From: a virus
Length of the DNA stretch: 64,000 nt
Strand: one strand, 5' to 3'
IMG/VR virus record: IMGVR_UViG_3300035670_008749
Span: 13,633-77,632 of that record
The notes below the pieces were generated by a model. That model was not told the origin of the DNA and searched no databases. It was given only the letters and a program-made list of their open reading frames with translations. The position numbers and the translations under genes were made by a program. Shown here piece after piece: positions 36,055-44,207 of this stretch (position 1 is its first letter; every line of letters begins with the position of its first letter).

Positions 36055-36823
36055 GATTCTTATAGGAGGTCCTTGCGTTATACAAAGCTGGGACACGTGT
36101 TTTGAGGTAGCAACAGAGGTTAGGAGATGTGGACTTCTTCATAATTTCCAAACAATATTTAAAGCAAGTTTTGATAAGGCTAATAGAACATCTACTGATG
36201 GCTTTAGAGGGATAGGCATAGATAAGGGTTTAGAAGTGCTAAGAAATATAAAATCTCGTTTAAACATAGACATAATAACAGACGTTCATGAAACTAATCA
36301 GGTTGAAAGGGTGGCTTCTGTTGTAGATTATTTACAGATCCCAGCATTTCTATGTAGACAAACAGATCTTATAGAAGCTTGCGCTAAAACTGGTTTACCG
36401 GTTTTAATTAAAAAGGGACAATTTCTTTCTCCTGAATCTTGCAAATTCATAGAGGATAAATTTTATAATTTCGGCGGTAAAGAGTTAATGATAGGGGAAA
36501 GAGGAAATACCTTTGGATACAATGATCTAGTAGTAGACGCCACTTCAATATCAAGGTTAAAAAAATCATGCGAAAGATCTAAAATAATTATGGACTGTAC
36601 ACACAGTTTGCAAAGACCTAACGGGATAAACGGAAAAACAGAAGGAAGAGGAGAAATGATAGAAGATATGGTTAAGTTTGCTTCTGTTATGGATGCAGAT
36701 GGATTATTTATAGAAACCCATCCTTATCCAAGCCTTTCACCTTCCGATTCAGAAAATATGCTGGAACTTAATAAATTGGAGGGAATAATTAAAAAATCTA
36801 GATTAATATATGACACCCACTAA
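36020..36823 (+). CDS. kdsA: KDO8P synthase, metal-dependent type
   Basis: GPCVI, ASFDKANRTS, TDVHE, QIPAFLCRQTDL, KKGQF, ERG, FIETHP. Confidence 0.93.
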   Translation: MVDISVRNQKTRILIGGPCVIQSWDTCFEVATEVRRCGLLHNFQTIFKASFDKANRTSTDGFRGIGIDKGLEVLRNIKSRLNIDIITDVHETNQVERVASVVDYLQIPAFLCRQTDLIEACAKTGLPVLIKKGQFLSPESCKFIEDKFYNFGGKELMIGERGNTFGYNDLVVDATSISRLKKSCERSKIIMDCTHSLQRPNGINGKTEGRGEMIEDMVKFASVMDADGLFIETHPYPSLSPSDSENMLELNKLEGIIKKSRLIYDTH

Positions 36824-37520
36824 ATTACTAGATATTGTTATAATTAGCTATGCTAATGACGATTATTGTAAGAATCTTACTAAGAGCTGTATAACATCTA
36901 TATTAAACTCCGAGAGTAATGCTATTAAAGATTTTAATATTATAGTGGTAGAATCTGAACCTGGGGTTAAATGGGAAGATTTAGCTGAAAATGTAAAAAC
37001 CTACCAAGCTCCTCTTCCTTATGGATATCACAAATTTTTAAATTTTGGTAGGAAACAAGGAAATTCCCCGTGGGTTGCTCTTTGTAATAACGACCTTGAA
37101 TTTACACAGGGATGGTTTACTAGAATACTAGAAGCTTCTTCTACAGTTCCTGAAGCACTTTCTTTTTCTCCTTTATGTCCTAAGACCCAAACTCTTTACG
37201 GGATAAATGAAAACATGGGACTTATTGAAGGATATGAAATAAGAAAACAAATTTCAGGCTGGTGTATAATACACAAAAGAGAAATTTATGAAAAGATAGG
37301 AGACCTAGATGAAAGATTTCATCATTGGTTCTGTGATAATGATTACTCAATGGAACTAATGAAAAATAAAATTAAACACGTTTTAGTTACTAATTCAGTT
37401 GTGGTGCACCACGATAAAAACATAGGGAAGACAACAGAAAGAGTGATCAAAGATTATAATTTAATGCACAAAATGACTAGCGGATCTTATCCGTTATTTA
37501 AGGAAAAATGGAACTTATAA
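36810..37520 (+). CDS. GT2 glycosyltransferase
   Basis: CNND, IGDLDERF..WFCDNDY. Confidence 0.85.
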   Translation: MTPTKLLDIVIISYANDDYCKNLTKSCITSILNSESNAIKDFNIIVVESEPGVKWEDLAENVKTYQAPLPYGYHKFLNFGRKQGNSPWVALCNNDLEFTQGWFTRILEASSTVPEALSFSPLCPKTQTLYGINENMGLIEGYEIRKQISGWCIIHKREIYEKIGDLDERFHHWFCDNDYSMELMKNKIKHVLVTNSVVVHHDKNIGKTTERVIKDYNLMHKMTSGSYPLFKEKWNL

Positions 37521-37530
37521 AAATATAAAT

Positions 37531-38151
37531 ATGACTAGATACGACATAATAAACAGAATTATTGAAAATAGGGGATATAAAAATTATCTCGAGATAGGGG
37601 TAAGAGATGGCGAATGTTTTAAAGAAGTTTGTTGTGAAAATAAAACAGGGGTAGATCCTGCTCCAACATCTTCTGATACCACTCATATAATGACATCAGA
37701 TTCTTTCTTTAGTTCTCTTGATCCAGAGCAAAAGTTTGATATCATTTTTATTGATGGATTGCATTTAGAACATCAAGTAGATAAAGATATTGAAAACTCT
37801 TTAAATTATCTATCTGAGGGTGGTACTATTGTTTTACACGACTGTAATCCCCCGACTAAATTTCATACGGAGGAGAGACCGGTTTTTACTGCTCCTGCAA
37901 ACGGGAATTGGAACGGAACGGTATATCTTTCTTTAGTAAAATTAAGACTTTATAGAAACGATCTAAAATTAGTAACTGTTGACACTGATTGGGGGGTAGG
38001 AATACTAACTAGAGATGCTAGCGAAACTATTGACGTATTTCCTAGCGAGGCTACAACATGGGATTTTTTCACATTAAATAGACATAGCGTATTAGATTTA
38101 ATATCTCCCGAGGAATTTGAAGAAAATTATCCCGTTTATAAAACGGAATAA
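37531..38151 (+). CDS. Class I SAM methyltransferase (Methyltransf_24)
   Basis: YLEIGV, GVDP, FDIIFIDGLH, GGTIVLHD. Confidence 0.88.
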   Translation: MTRYDIINRIIENRGYKNYLEIGVRDGECFKEVCCENKTGVDPAPTSSDTTHIMTSDSFFSSLDPEQKFDIIFIDGLHLEHQVDKDIENSLNYLSEGGTIVLHDCNPPTKFHTEERPVFTAPANGNWNGTVYLSLVKLRLYRNDLKLVTVDTDWGVGILTRDASETIDVFPSEATTWDFFTLNRHSVLDLISPEEFEENYPVYKTE

Positions 38152-38154
38152 TTC

Positions 38155-38183
38155 GAAATTATTTATGAGTCATAACCTATAAA
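38155..38183 (+). promoter_or_regulatory. Bipartite promoter GAAATT-N17-TATAAA
   Basis: Intergenic, 7 nt before ATG 38191. Confidence 0.6.
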
Positions 38184-38190
38184 ATATAGT

Positions 38191-38451
38191 ATGAATCTGG
38201 AAGAGGGTTTTAAAATGGTTATTTCTAGAGAAAAAGGTAAAGCTTATGTAGAAATAACTAGACACAAAGAGTCCTATATGAGCAACATACTTATAATAAA
38301 TAGCTTCGGCAGTAAAAGATATGAAGAAACTTGGATAATAGAAAAAGATTTAGATGCCTGGATTTCTTCTTTAGCAAGGGAAGGATTCACAAAGATAAAA
38401 ACTATAGAAGATGTGGAGTCTCCTAAAAAAAGTACTAAAAAGAAAAAATAA
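38191..38451 (+). CDS. Hypothetical protein
   Basis: 86 aa ORF directly after a promoter. Confidence 0.6.
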   Translation: MNLEEGFKMVISREKGKAYVEITRHKESYMSNILIINSFGSKRYEETWIIEKDLDAWISSLAREGFTKIKTIEDVESPKKSTKKKK

Positions 38452-38455
38452 TAAT

Positions 38456-39037
38456 ATGGAAAACATAGAAGAGATAGATGTCGAGTTTCTTGACAGGGAA
38501 CTTAAACCTTTTCTTTATAAATGGGCTAAGGGGGACAATTCAGGTACTGTTTGTGAATATGAAAGTGTATTTAAAGATCCAACTACAGGAATAATCTGGA
38601 TAAATTTTAAAGGAGGAACTAGAATAAATTATGCTCTACTTAATGAGTATATGATGCAAATAGATTCTTCTTCTATAGTTCATAATGAACCGGTAGCGCA
38701 AAACAATAACCTACCAGTTAAAAATGTAATGCTTTCTGAATCTAAAGCTAAGGTTCCAGATTTAGAAAATCCCATAGTTTCTCTTTTACAAAAACAAAAA
38801 CCAAACTGGGTAGAGGTTGGAATTAATCTTAAACTAAATCTCCCCACTAAAAATCTTTATAATGTTCTAACATCATCTTTTGATGATGCAGAGGAGGAAA
38901 TTATAGAGTTTGTTGTTAGAGATTTAGATATTGAAATAATAAAAGAGAGCCTGAGGATAAATATAAAGGATATATATAAATCAAATGGAACTTTACGAAA
39001 AGGCGGAACAATCAGTAATACAAAAAACGAGGAATAG
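38456..39037 (+). CDS. Hypothetical protein
   Basis: ATG 38456 avoids the overlap implied by the track start at 38411. Confidence 0.65.
   Translation: MENIEEIDVEFLDRELKPFLYKWAKGDNSGTVCEYESVFKDPTTGIIWINFKGGTRINYALLNEYMMQIDSSSIVHNEPVAQNNNLPVKNVMLSESKAKVPDLENPIVSLLQKQKPNWVEVGINLKLNLPTKNLYNVLTSSFDDAEEEIIEFVVRDLDIEIIKESLRINIKDIYKSNGTLRKGGTISNTKNEE
38969..38976 (+). promoter_or_regulatory. Late promoter GATATATA inside the upstream gene
   Basis: 8 nt before NUDIX ATG 38985. Confidence 0.55.
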
Positions 39038-39548
39038 AGAGGTCGTAGAAATAGATGGACATCTATTTATTAGACAGATAAATCCTGGGGTTATTATAAT
39101 GCCCTACACTTTAAATGAAGAGGGATTTCCGTTTAAAATAGGAATCATATCTGAAGTATTGGATCAACGTCCAGGAGGAATGGCAAAAACTCTAATAACT
39201 GGCTCGCAAGACGATAAAGATTCTAACATATACCAAACAGCTGTTAGAGAAATGGAAGAGGAATCGGGGTTCCTAGTCGAGGATCTTAAAAGATGGCAGT
39301 TCTTAGGGAGTTTATATACATCAAAAATGGTAATTAATTCTAATCCATGTTTTGCTGTGAATATTACCGGATTAGTTTCGGGAGAAAAAAAGACAGATGG
39401 CTCTAAATCTGAGAAAGACACTAAGTTTGAACTTGTATCTATAGATGAGGCTCTAAATTTAGAGGATTCTTTAGTTAGTACACTATTCATAAAAACATTC
39501 AAAGACATTTTTAACAGTAAAGAGGAAGAAGATGAATCTACCAAATAG
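38985..39548 (+). CDS. NUDIX hydrolase
   Basis: GSQDDKDSNIYQTAVREMEEESG Nudix box. Confidence 0.8.
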   Translation: MELYEKAEQSVIQKTRNREVVEIDGHLFIRQINPGVIIMPYTLNEEGFPFKIGIISEVLDQRPGGMAKTLITGSQDDKDSNIYQTAVREMEEESGFLVEDLKRWQFLGSLYTSKMVINSNPCFAVNITGLVSGEKKTDGSKSEKDTKFELVSIDEALNLEDSLVSTLFIKTFKDIFNSKEEEDESTK

Positions 39549-39699
39549 AAAAGAAAGAAGGAGAGCTGCAAAAGAAATGGGCCTTCTAGGAAAGAAAAAA
39601 GAAATTAGCGAAGAGTCTAAAGAAAGAGCTAAAGCTATGGGTAATCTCATTAGGCTCCGAAATTTGACCGAGCAAAGAAATAGAAAAAAAGATAACTGA
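39532..39699 (+). CDS. Small basic protein (55 aa), not in ORF track
   Basis: MNLPNRKERRRAAKEMGLLGKKKE...NRKKDN fills the gap between NUDIX and 39706. Confidence 0.65.
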   Translation: MNLPNRKERRRAAKEMGLLGKKKEISEESKERAKAMGNLIRLRNLTEQRNRKKDN

Positions 39700-39705
39700 T
39701 TTATA

Positions 39706-40032
39706 GTGTCCAATAAATCTTTTATAATTCCTAAAGCAGACAAGCTAAAGTCCTTTAATCAGGATTCTTGTGATAATTTCCATGTGATAGATGTTAATCT
39801 ATGGTTCAAGAATAATAATCTTACTCCTTCGTCCATGAATGAAATAAGACAGTACATTTTTGAAGAATGGTTGCATAAGAAAATAACTAGTTCTAAATCT
39901 AAGATCTCTACTGGATCAAAACTTGTTATAATTTACGATAGTCCTACAGATCCTTTTGTAGATCTTTTAAAACATAAAATCTTAGAAATTTTAGATTACG
40001 ATTTTTGTGATATTATTTTAATGGACGAATAA
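39706..40032 (+). CDS. Hypothetical protein
   Basis: 108 aa, GTG start, fills the gap. Confidence 0.55.
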   Translation: MSNKSFIIPKADKLKSFNQDSCDNFHVIDVNLWFKNNNLTPSSMNEIRQYIFEEWLHKKITSSKSKISTGSKLVIIYDSPTDPFVDLLKHKILEILDYDFCDIILMDE

Positions 40033-40039
40033 AAGCTCG

Positions 40040-40047
40040 GGTATATA
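40040..40047 (+). promoter_or_regulatory. Late-promoter variant GGTATATA
   Basis: Intergenic, heads the baseplate operon. Confidence 0.55.
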
Positions 40048-40051
40048 CTAT

Positions 40052-41953
40052 ATGGCAGAAGAACCCAAGCACATATTATCCAAAGGTGGAGCTTTAAATG
40101 ATATAAAAAATCTCCAGGACGCTGGTCAGGTAGTAAGTGATGTACAGTATTACAACAGTAAGATAATATATGCTTTTCCCAGTGATAAAGCGTTTGCTAC
40201 TTACGAGCTTTCAGAATTAAGGTATCTTCCTAAAAGTTTATTCTATGATGCAGCCACATCAGATGGTGTATATAGAGGACTTTTCGCTTATTACGTTTTA
40301 GGTGGTTCTAAAGATAGAGTTAGATATCATGCTTCTGAACTAGAACAAGGTTTATCTAAGATAACTCCTGTCGAATCAAGAAATCCATCTGCCCGACAAA
40401 TAATAGAAACAGTTACTGGAGGGGGAAAGACCCCAAATTACTTAAATCCTAATAGTCCATATAGGGGACAAATATACAATGTAAAAGATTTTATCTTCTG
40501 TAAGTATTACGGTATTATTCCAAACAACAGAATGTTAACTCTGCGGAGGTTTGCACATCCAACATTAGATTCTTTAAGAGTTATAGCTAATGACATGGTA
40601 GGGGATTTTAGCGCTGTTAGTGGTGCTTCAGGTTCGCTTATTCCACAGTACGATAAGCCAAAAGAACCGATAAAAGATTTAGGTATATTACAAGATACCG
40701 ATGCAGTTTTTAATACATCTCTTCCAGTTGCTCAATTAGTTACTTTTTTTGGAGCAGATACAGGAAATAATCTTAGTACTATATTAGGAATAGATACTGG
40801 ACTAAATTTCTCTTTACAAACACAGGATCCGATGAAAAACGAACAGACTGGGGATCCTGGATTAATGAATACCCCATATGGAGATTTGATAAAAGCAGCG
40901 GTAACTAGCGGAACTAACAGCGTAGGAGCGGAGGATATAGAATCTATTGATAAATTAATAGGTACTATAGTTGCTCCTGAAAAAAATATAAATAGATTAC
41001 AAAGAGCTCTTTTAGACGAAGCAGTAACTGCTGATGGACCGCTTTCTAAAAAAATATTTGTCAACCTAAACACAGTAAATCAAGTTGCAATTAGACAACA
41101 GGGATTTGCAGGAGGAACTAATGGTTTCACCCTGAATTTTCATTACACTCTTAGTTCTGCGGGAGAGGTTAATTCTAAATTATTGTTCCTTGATTTAATG
41201 ACTAATGTATTATCTGTTGGTACTGACTATGGGCAATTTTTAACTCCGGAGATAAGAATACAACAAACTGCAGTAGGTATGGGATTCCCTGGAGGGCCTG
41301 CTGGATATGCAAAATCCATAACCGATCCTATTAATTATATAAGAGACGTGGTAGGAAAAATGCTATCCGCCGGCGAGGTTAACAAAGCCAAAGCACAAGA
41401 GGAGGAGGTCAACAAAGGTGTTTCTGCTGTTTATGCCGACGTTCAGAAATTTATAAGTAATCCTGACACATTTAAGTTTGAAGGAACGCAGCTTTCTAAA
41501 TCGATTGCCGTTATGCTTTCTGAGGCATTCCTTAAAAAGATATACTATAGTCCAATCATGTTAAGTGGATACCCAACTGGCGAATGGCATTTAACAATAG
41601 GCAATCCTTTGAATCCTATAGCCATGATGGGAAATTTAGTTTGTAACAATGTTAAAATAAACTTTAACGATGATTTAGGACCTGACGATTTTCCAACTGA
41701 AATGACTGTTTCACTACAGCTTATGCCAGGGAGACAAAGACACAGAGGGGATTGGGAATCTATGTTTAACAGAGGTAACGGAAGATTGTATCTAGGTCAA
41801 TTAGTTAGCAGCAAAGAAACGACTAATGCCTTTGTTAACACTCAAGGTAACTTCGTTAATAATACTGCAGGACAAAACATTTACAATATAGTAGAGGAAA
41901 ATGTAAACCCTCTTACAGGAACAGAAACTAATGCCCAAGGTCCAGGAGAATAG
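40052..41953 (+). CDS. Putative baseplate/tail-tube-junction structural protein
   Basis: First gene of the baseplate block; C-terminal beta-rich NVKINF...FPTEMTVSLQL resembles tube-fold proteins. Confidence 0.55.
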   Translation: MAEEPKHILSKGGALNDIKNLQDAGQVVSDVQYYNSKIIYAFPSDKAFATYELSELRYLPKSLFYDAATSDGVYRGLFAYYVLGGSKDRVRYHASELEQGLSKITPVESRNPSARQIIETVTGGGKTPNYLNPNSPYRGQIYNVKDFIFCKYYGIIPNNRMLTLRRFAHPTLDSLRVIANDMVGDFSAVSGASGSLIPQYDKPKEPIKDLGILQDTDAVFNTSLPVAQLVTFFGADTGNNLSTILGIDTGLNFSLQTQDPMKNEQTGDPGLMNTPYGDLIKAAVTSGTNSVGAEDIESIDKLIGTIVAPEKNINRLQRALLDEAVTADGPLSKKIFVNLNTVNQVAIRQQGFAGGTNGFTLNFHYTLSSAGEVNSKLLFLDLMTNVLSVGTDYGQFLTPEIRIQQTAVGMGFPGGPAGYAKSITDPINYIRDVVGKMLSAGEVNKAKAQEEEVNKGVSAVYADVQKFISNPDTFKFEGTQLSKSIAVMLSEAFLKKIYYSPIMLSGYPTGEWHLTIGNPLNPIAMMGNLVCNNVKINFNDDLGPDDFPTEMTVSLQLMPGRQRHRGDWESMFNRGNGRLYLGQLVSSKETTNAFVNTQGNFVNNTAGQNIYNIVEENVNPLTGTETNAQGPGE

Positions 41954-41969
41954 ACATAAATTATAAAAG

Positions 41970-42575
41970 ATGCTAACAATAGATATTATAAATGATAAGC
42001 CCTTCTTTACCAATCCTAACACGCAGGATAGGTATGTAGACTTATTGACACCATCATGGGTTGCTAGAGCAGTAAGATACTCTATAAAAGCAATAGCCTT
42101 TGTTACTGACGAAACAAAAATGAGACCTGATTTGGTTTCTATGCAATATATGGGAGATACTTCTAGATTAGGAACCTTATTAAAACTCAATAATATATCT
42201 AATCCATTGAGTGTTAATTCAGGGGAAATATTATTAGTACCCGGGGATCAGATGGTCACGGATCTATTTCAAAGTGGCAAGGCGGTTTCTTCACAAAAAC
42301 AAAAAGCAAGATCTTTTAGGAAAGAACTACAAGATAAAATATCTCAGGTCAGTAAAGATCGTTTAGAATATCTTAATGCTAAAAACGTGTCCAATCTAGC
42401 AGAAGTTCCCCTTCCTCCTAATTTACTACAAGAGGGACAGCAACAAATACTTGTTACAGAGGGAAGACTGATCTTTGGACCTGATATAGGGCAGTGTAGA
42501 AGTAGAGCAAAGAAAAACGTTTCCGTTACTGACATAAAAACCAAATTAGCACAAAAGAACATTTTTAGAAGATAA
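41970..42575 (+). CDS. Baseplate wedge protein, gp53/LysM-like
   Basis: MRPDLVSMQYMGD...LLKLNNISNP...GEILLVP. Confidence 0.75.
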   Translation: MLTIDIINDKPFFTNPNTQDRYVDLLTPSWVARAVRYSIKAIAFVTDETKMRPDLVSMQYMGDTSRLGTLLKLNNISNPLSVNSGEILLVPGDQMVTDLFQSGKAVSSQKQKARSFRKELQDKISQVSKDRLEYLNAKNVSNLAEVPLPPNLLQEGQQQILVTEGRLIFGPDIGQCRSRAKKNVSVTDIKTKLAQKNIFRR

Positions 42576-42578
42576 AAT

Positions 42579-44201
42579 ATGCCTGCAGAAATAAACATAA
42601 GGAAGGCGATATTACAGTACAGAAATCCTGATATATTTCTGGATGAGCTTAGTGTAATTGACACATCTAACCAAGACGGAGATACCCAATTAAATGACCA
42701 AAAGAATGGGAACGTACAAAAGAAGTATTTTGGATCAACCACTCCTTTGGTTAGAATAAACACAGAAATAATAAGTGGTATAAAGTATTTTAAATTAGAT
42801 CTTACTGGATTTAAACCCACCCTTCTTTTTAGATTTGAAACAATAGATCAGAAATTTATATTTACATCCTATCCTAAAGACGGTGACTTAGTTTCTATAT
42901 ACATAAGACCTTATGGTGAAATGTTTAAACCAATAAGGATGGACTTTATAATAAATGAAGTTATAGCACCTTTTAATGGCGGTCCCTACACAGACTACAC
43001 TCCGTCTACGGGTAAATATCAGACCTATACAATAATGGCCGAGGTTAGAATACCTAAGCTCTATAAGCACATATGTAAAAGCTTCAATGGTAATAGTTCG
43101 GATGCCCTTTTAAAAATATCAGAGGATCTAGGATTAGGCTATGCTTCAAATGAAGCAAAAACCAACGATTCTATGAATTGGATATCACCTAATCTTGACT
43201 ATCAAACTCTAATAAAAGATATAGTAAACAATGCCTGGTTAAGTGAAGAGGATTATTTTGATTGTTGGATAGATCAATATTACAATATAAATTTAATAAA
43301 TCTAAAAAAACAATTCGACGACGTAAATCCAAATCTAGAAAACATGAGAATGGCTTATGGAGCAGACTCATTTGGAGATGTTTTCTCCGGAGGTGGAGCA
43401 CCAGAGACACACGAAGTAGAATTCCCACTTTTGCTTACGAACTCTACACAGTTTAGTAAGTCGCCTCTTTTTATTAGTGATATTTCCATAGAACAGAATG
43501 CTGGTAGTATAAACAAGGATCTAGGATACTTTCAAAAGATTCAGTTTTATGATAGCAAACTTGTTTCTGACAAGCCAAAGAACAAATTTGTTGAATATGA
43601 TATAGAGTCTGTCACAAATAAAAATCTAGGTTCTAGAGACACGCTGAATAAGGGAAGGCTAGGTGAGGACACTTACAAGGAAGAAATAAAGAAGACATAT
43701 GTTGGAACCATGTATTTTGAAAATGTACACGAAAATTTTCAGCAAGCTTCAACTCAAAATATTCTAAACAGAAACGATTCTTATAAGATAATACTTAGAG
43801 TTAAAAATAGATCATGGACTCCTTTTTTATATAGAGGGCAAACATTTCCTGTAGCGATTTTTTCTGAGGGCAATCCAGAAGTAAGTGCATCCTCTAGTTA
43901 TAGCCCAGTAGGGGATCAAAAAAAATCCCTTGCCAATGATCCAGATAAAAGAACCATAAATGCTTTTCTTTCTGGTAATTATGTTGTTCTTGGATTTACT
44001 ATAGAATATGACGAGGAAGGAATATACCAAACGATGTTACTAGGAAAGAAACAATGGGCACTAAATCCTGGATTGGCTTCAGAACCTATTCCTTTAGATC
44101 CCAAGATATTCGATGCTGATTTCAATGATTTGGCTAAGAGTGTTTCCTTTACTGTTCAAGAAAATACACAAAAGCTGAAAGGCGACATATATAATAATTA
44201 A
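42579..44201 (+). CDS. Putative baseplate hub protein (gp27-like)
   Basis: Position between gp53-like and gp5-like genes; C-terminal LSGNYVV. Confidence 0.55.
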   Translation: MPAEINIRKAILQYRNPDIFLDELSVIDTSNQDGDTQLNDQKNGNVQKKYFGSTTPLVRINTEIISGIKYFKLDLTGFKPTLLFRFETIDQKFIFTSYPKDGDLVSIYIRPYGEMFKPIRMDFIINEVIAPFNGGPYTDYTPSTGKYQTYTIMAEVRIPKLYKHICKSFNGNSSDALLKISEDLGLGYASNEAKTNDSMNWISPNLDYQTLIKDIVNNAWLSEEDYFDCWIDQYYNINLINLKKQFDDVNPNLENMRMAYGADSFGDVFSGGGAPETHEVEFPLLLTNSTQFSKSPLFISDISIEQNAGSINKDLGYFQKIQFYDSKLVSDKPKNKFVEYDIESVTNKNLGSRDTLNKGRLGEDTYKEEIKKTYVGTMYFENVHENFQQASTQNILNRNDSYKIILRVKNRSWTPFLYRGQTFPVAIFSEGNPEVSASSSYSPVGDQKKSLANDPDKRTINAFLSGNYVVLGFTIEYDEEGIYQTMLLGKKQWALNPGLASEPIPLDPKIFDADFNDLAKSVSFTVQENTQKLKGDIYNN

Positions 44202-44207
44202 AAGGAT

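Noticed and set aside
23930-38151. Glycan island as bacterial contamination or a host O-antigen locus
   Set aside because: Contiguous with phage genes, similar composition and start context, headed by the same GAAAYT promoter class, and lacks wzx/wzy.
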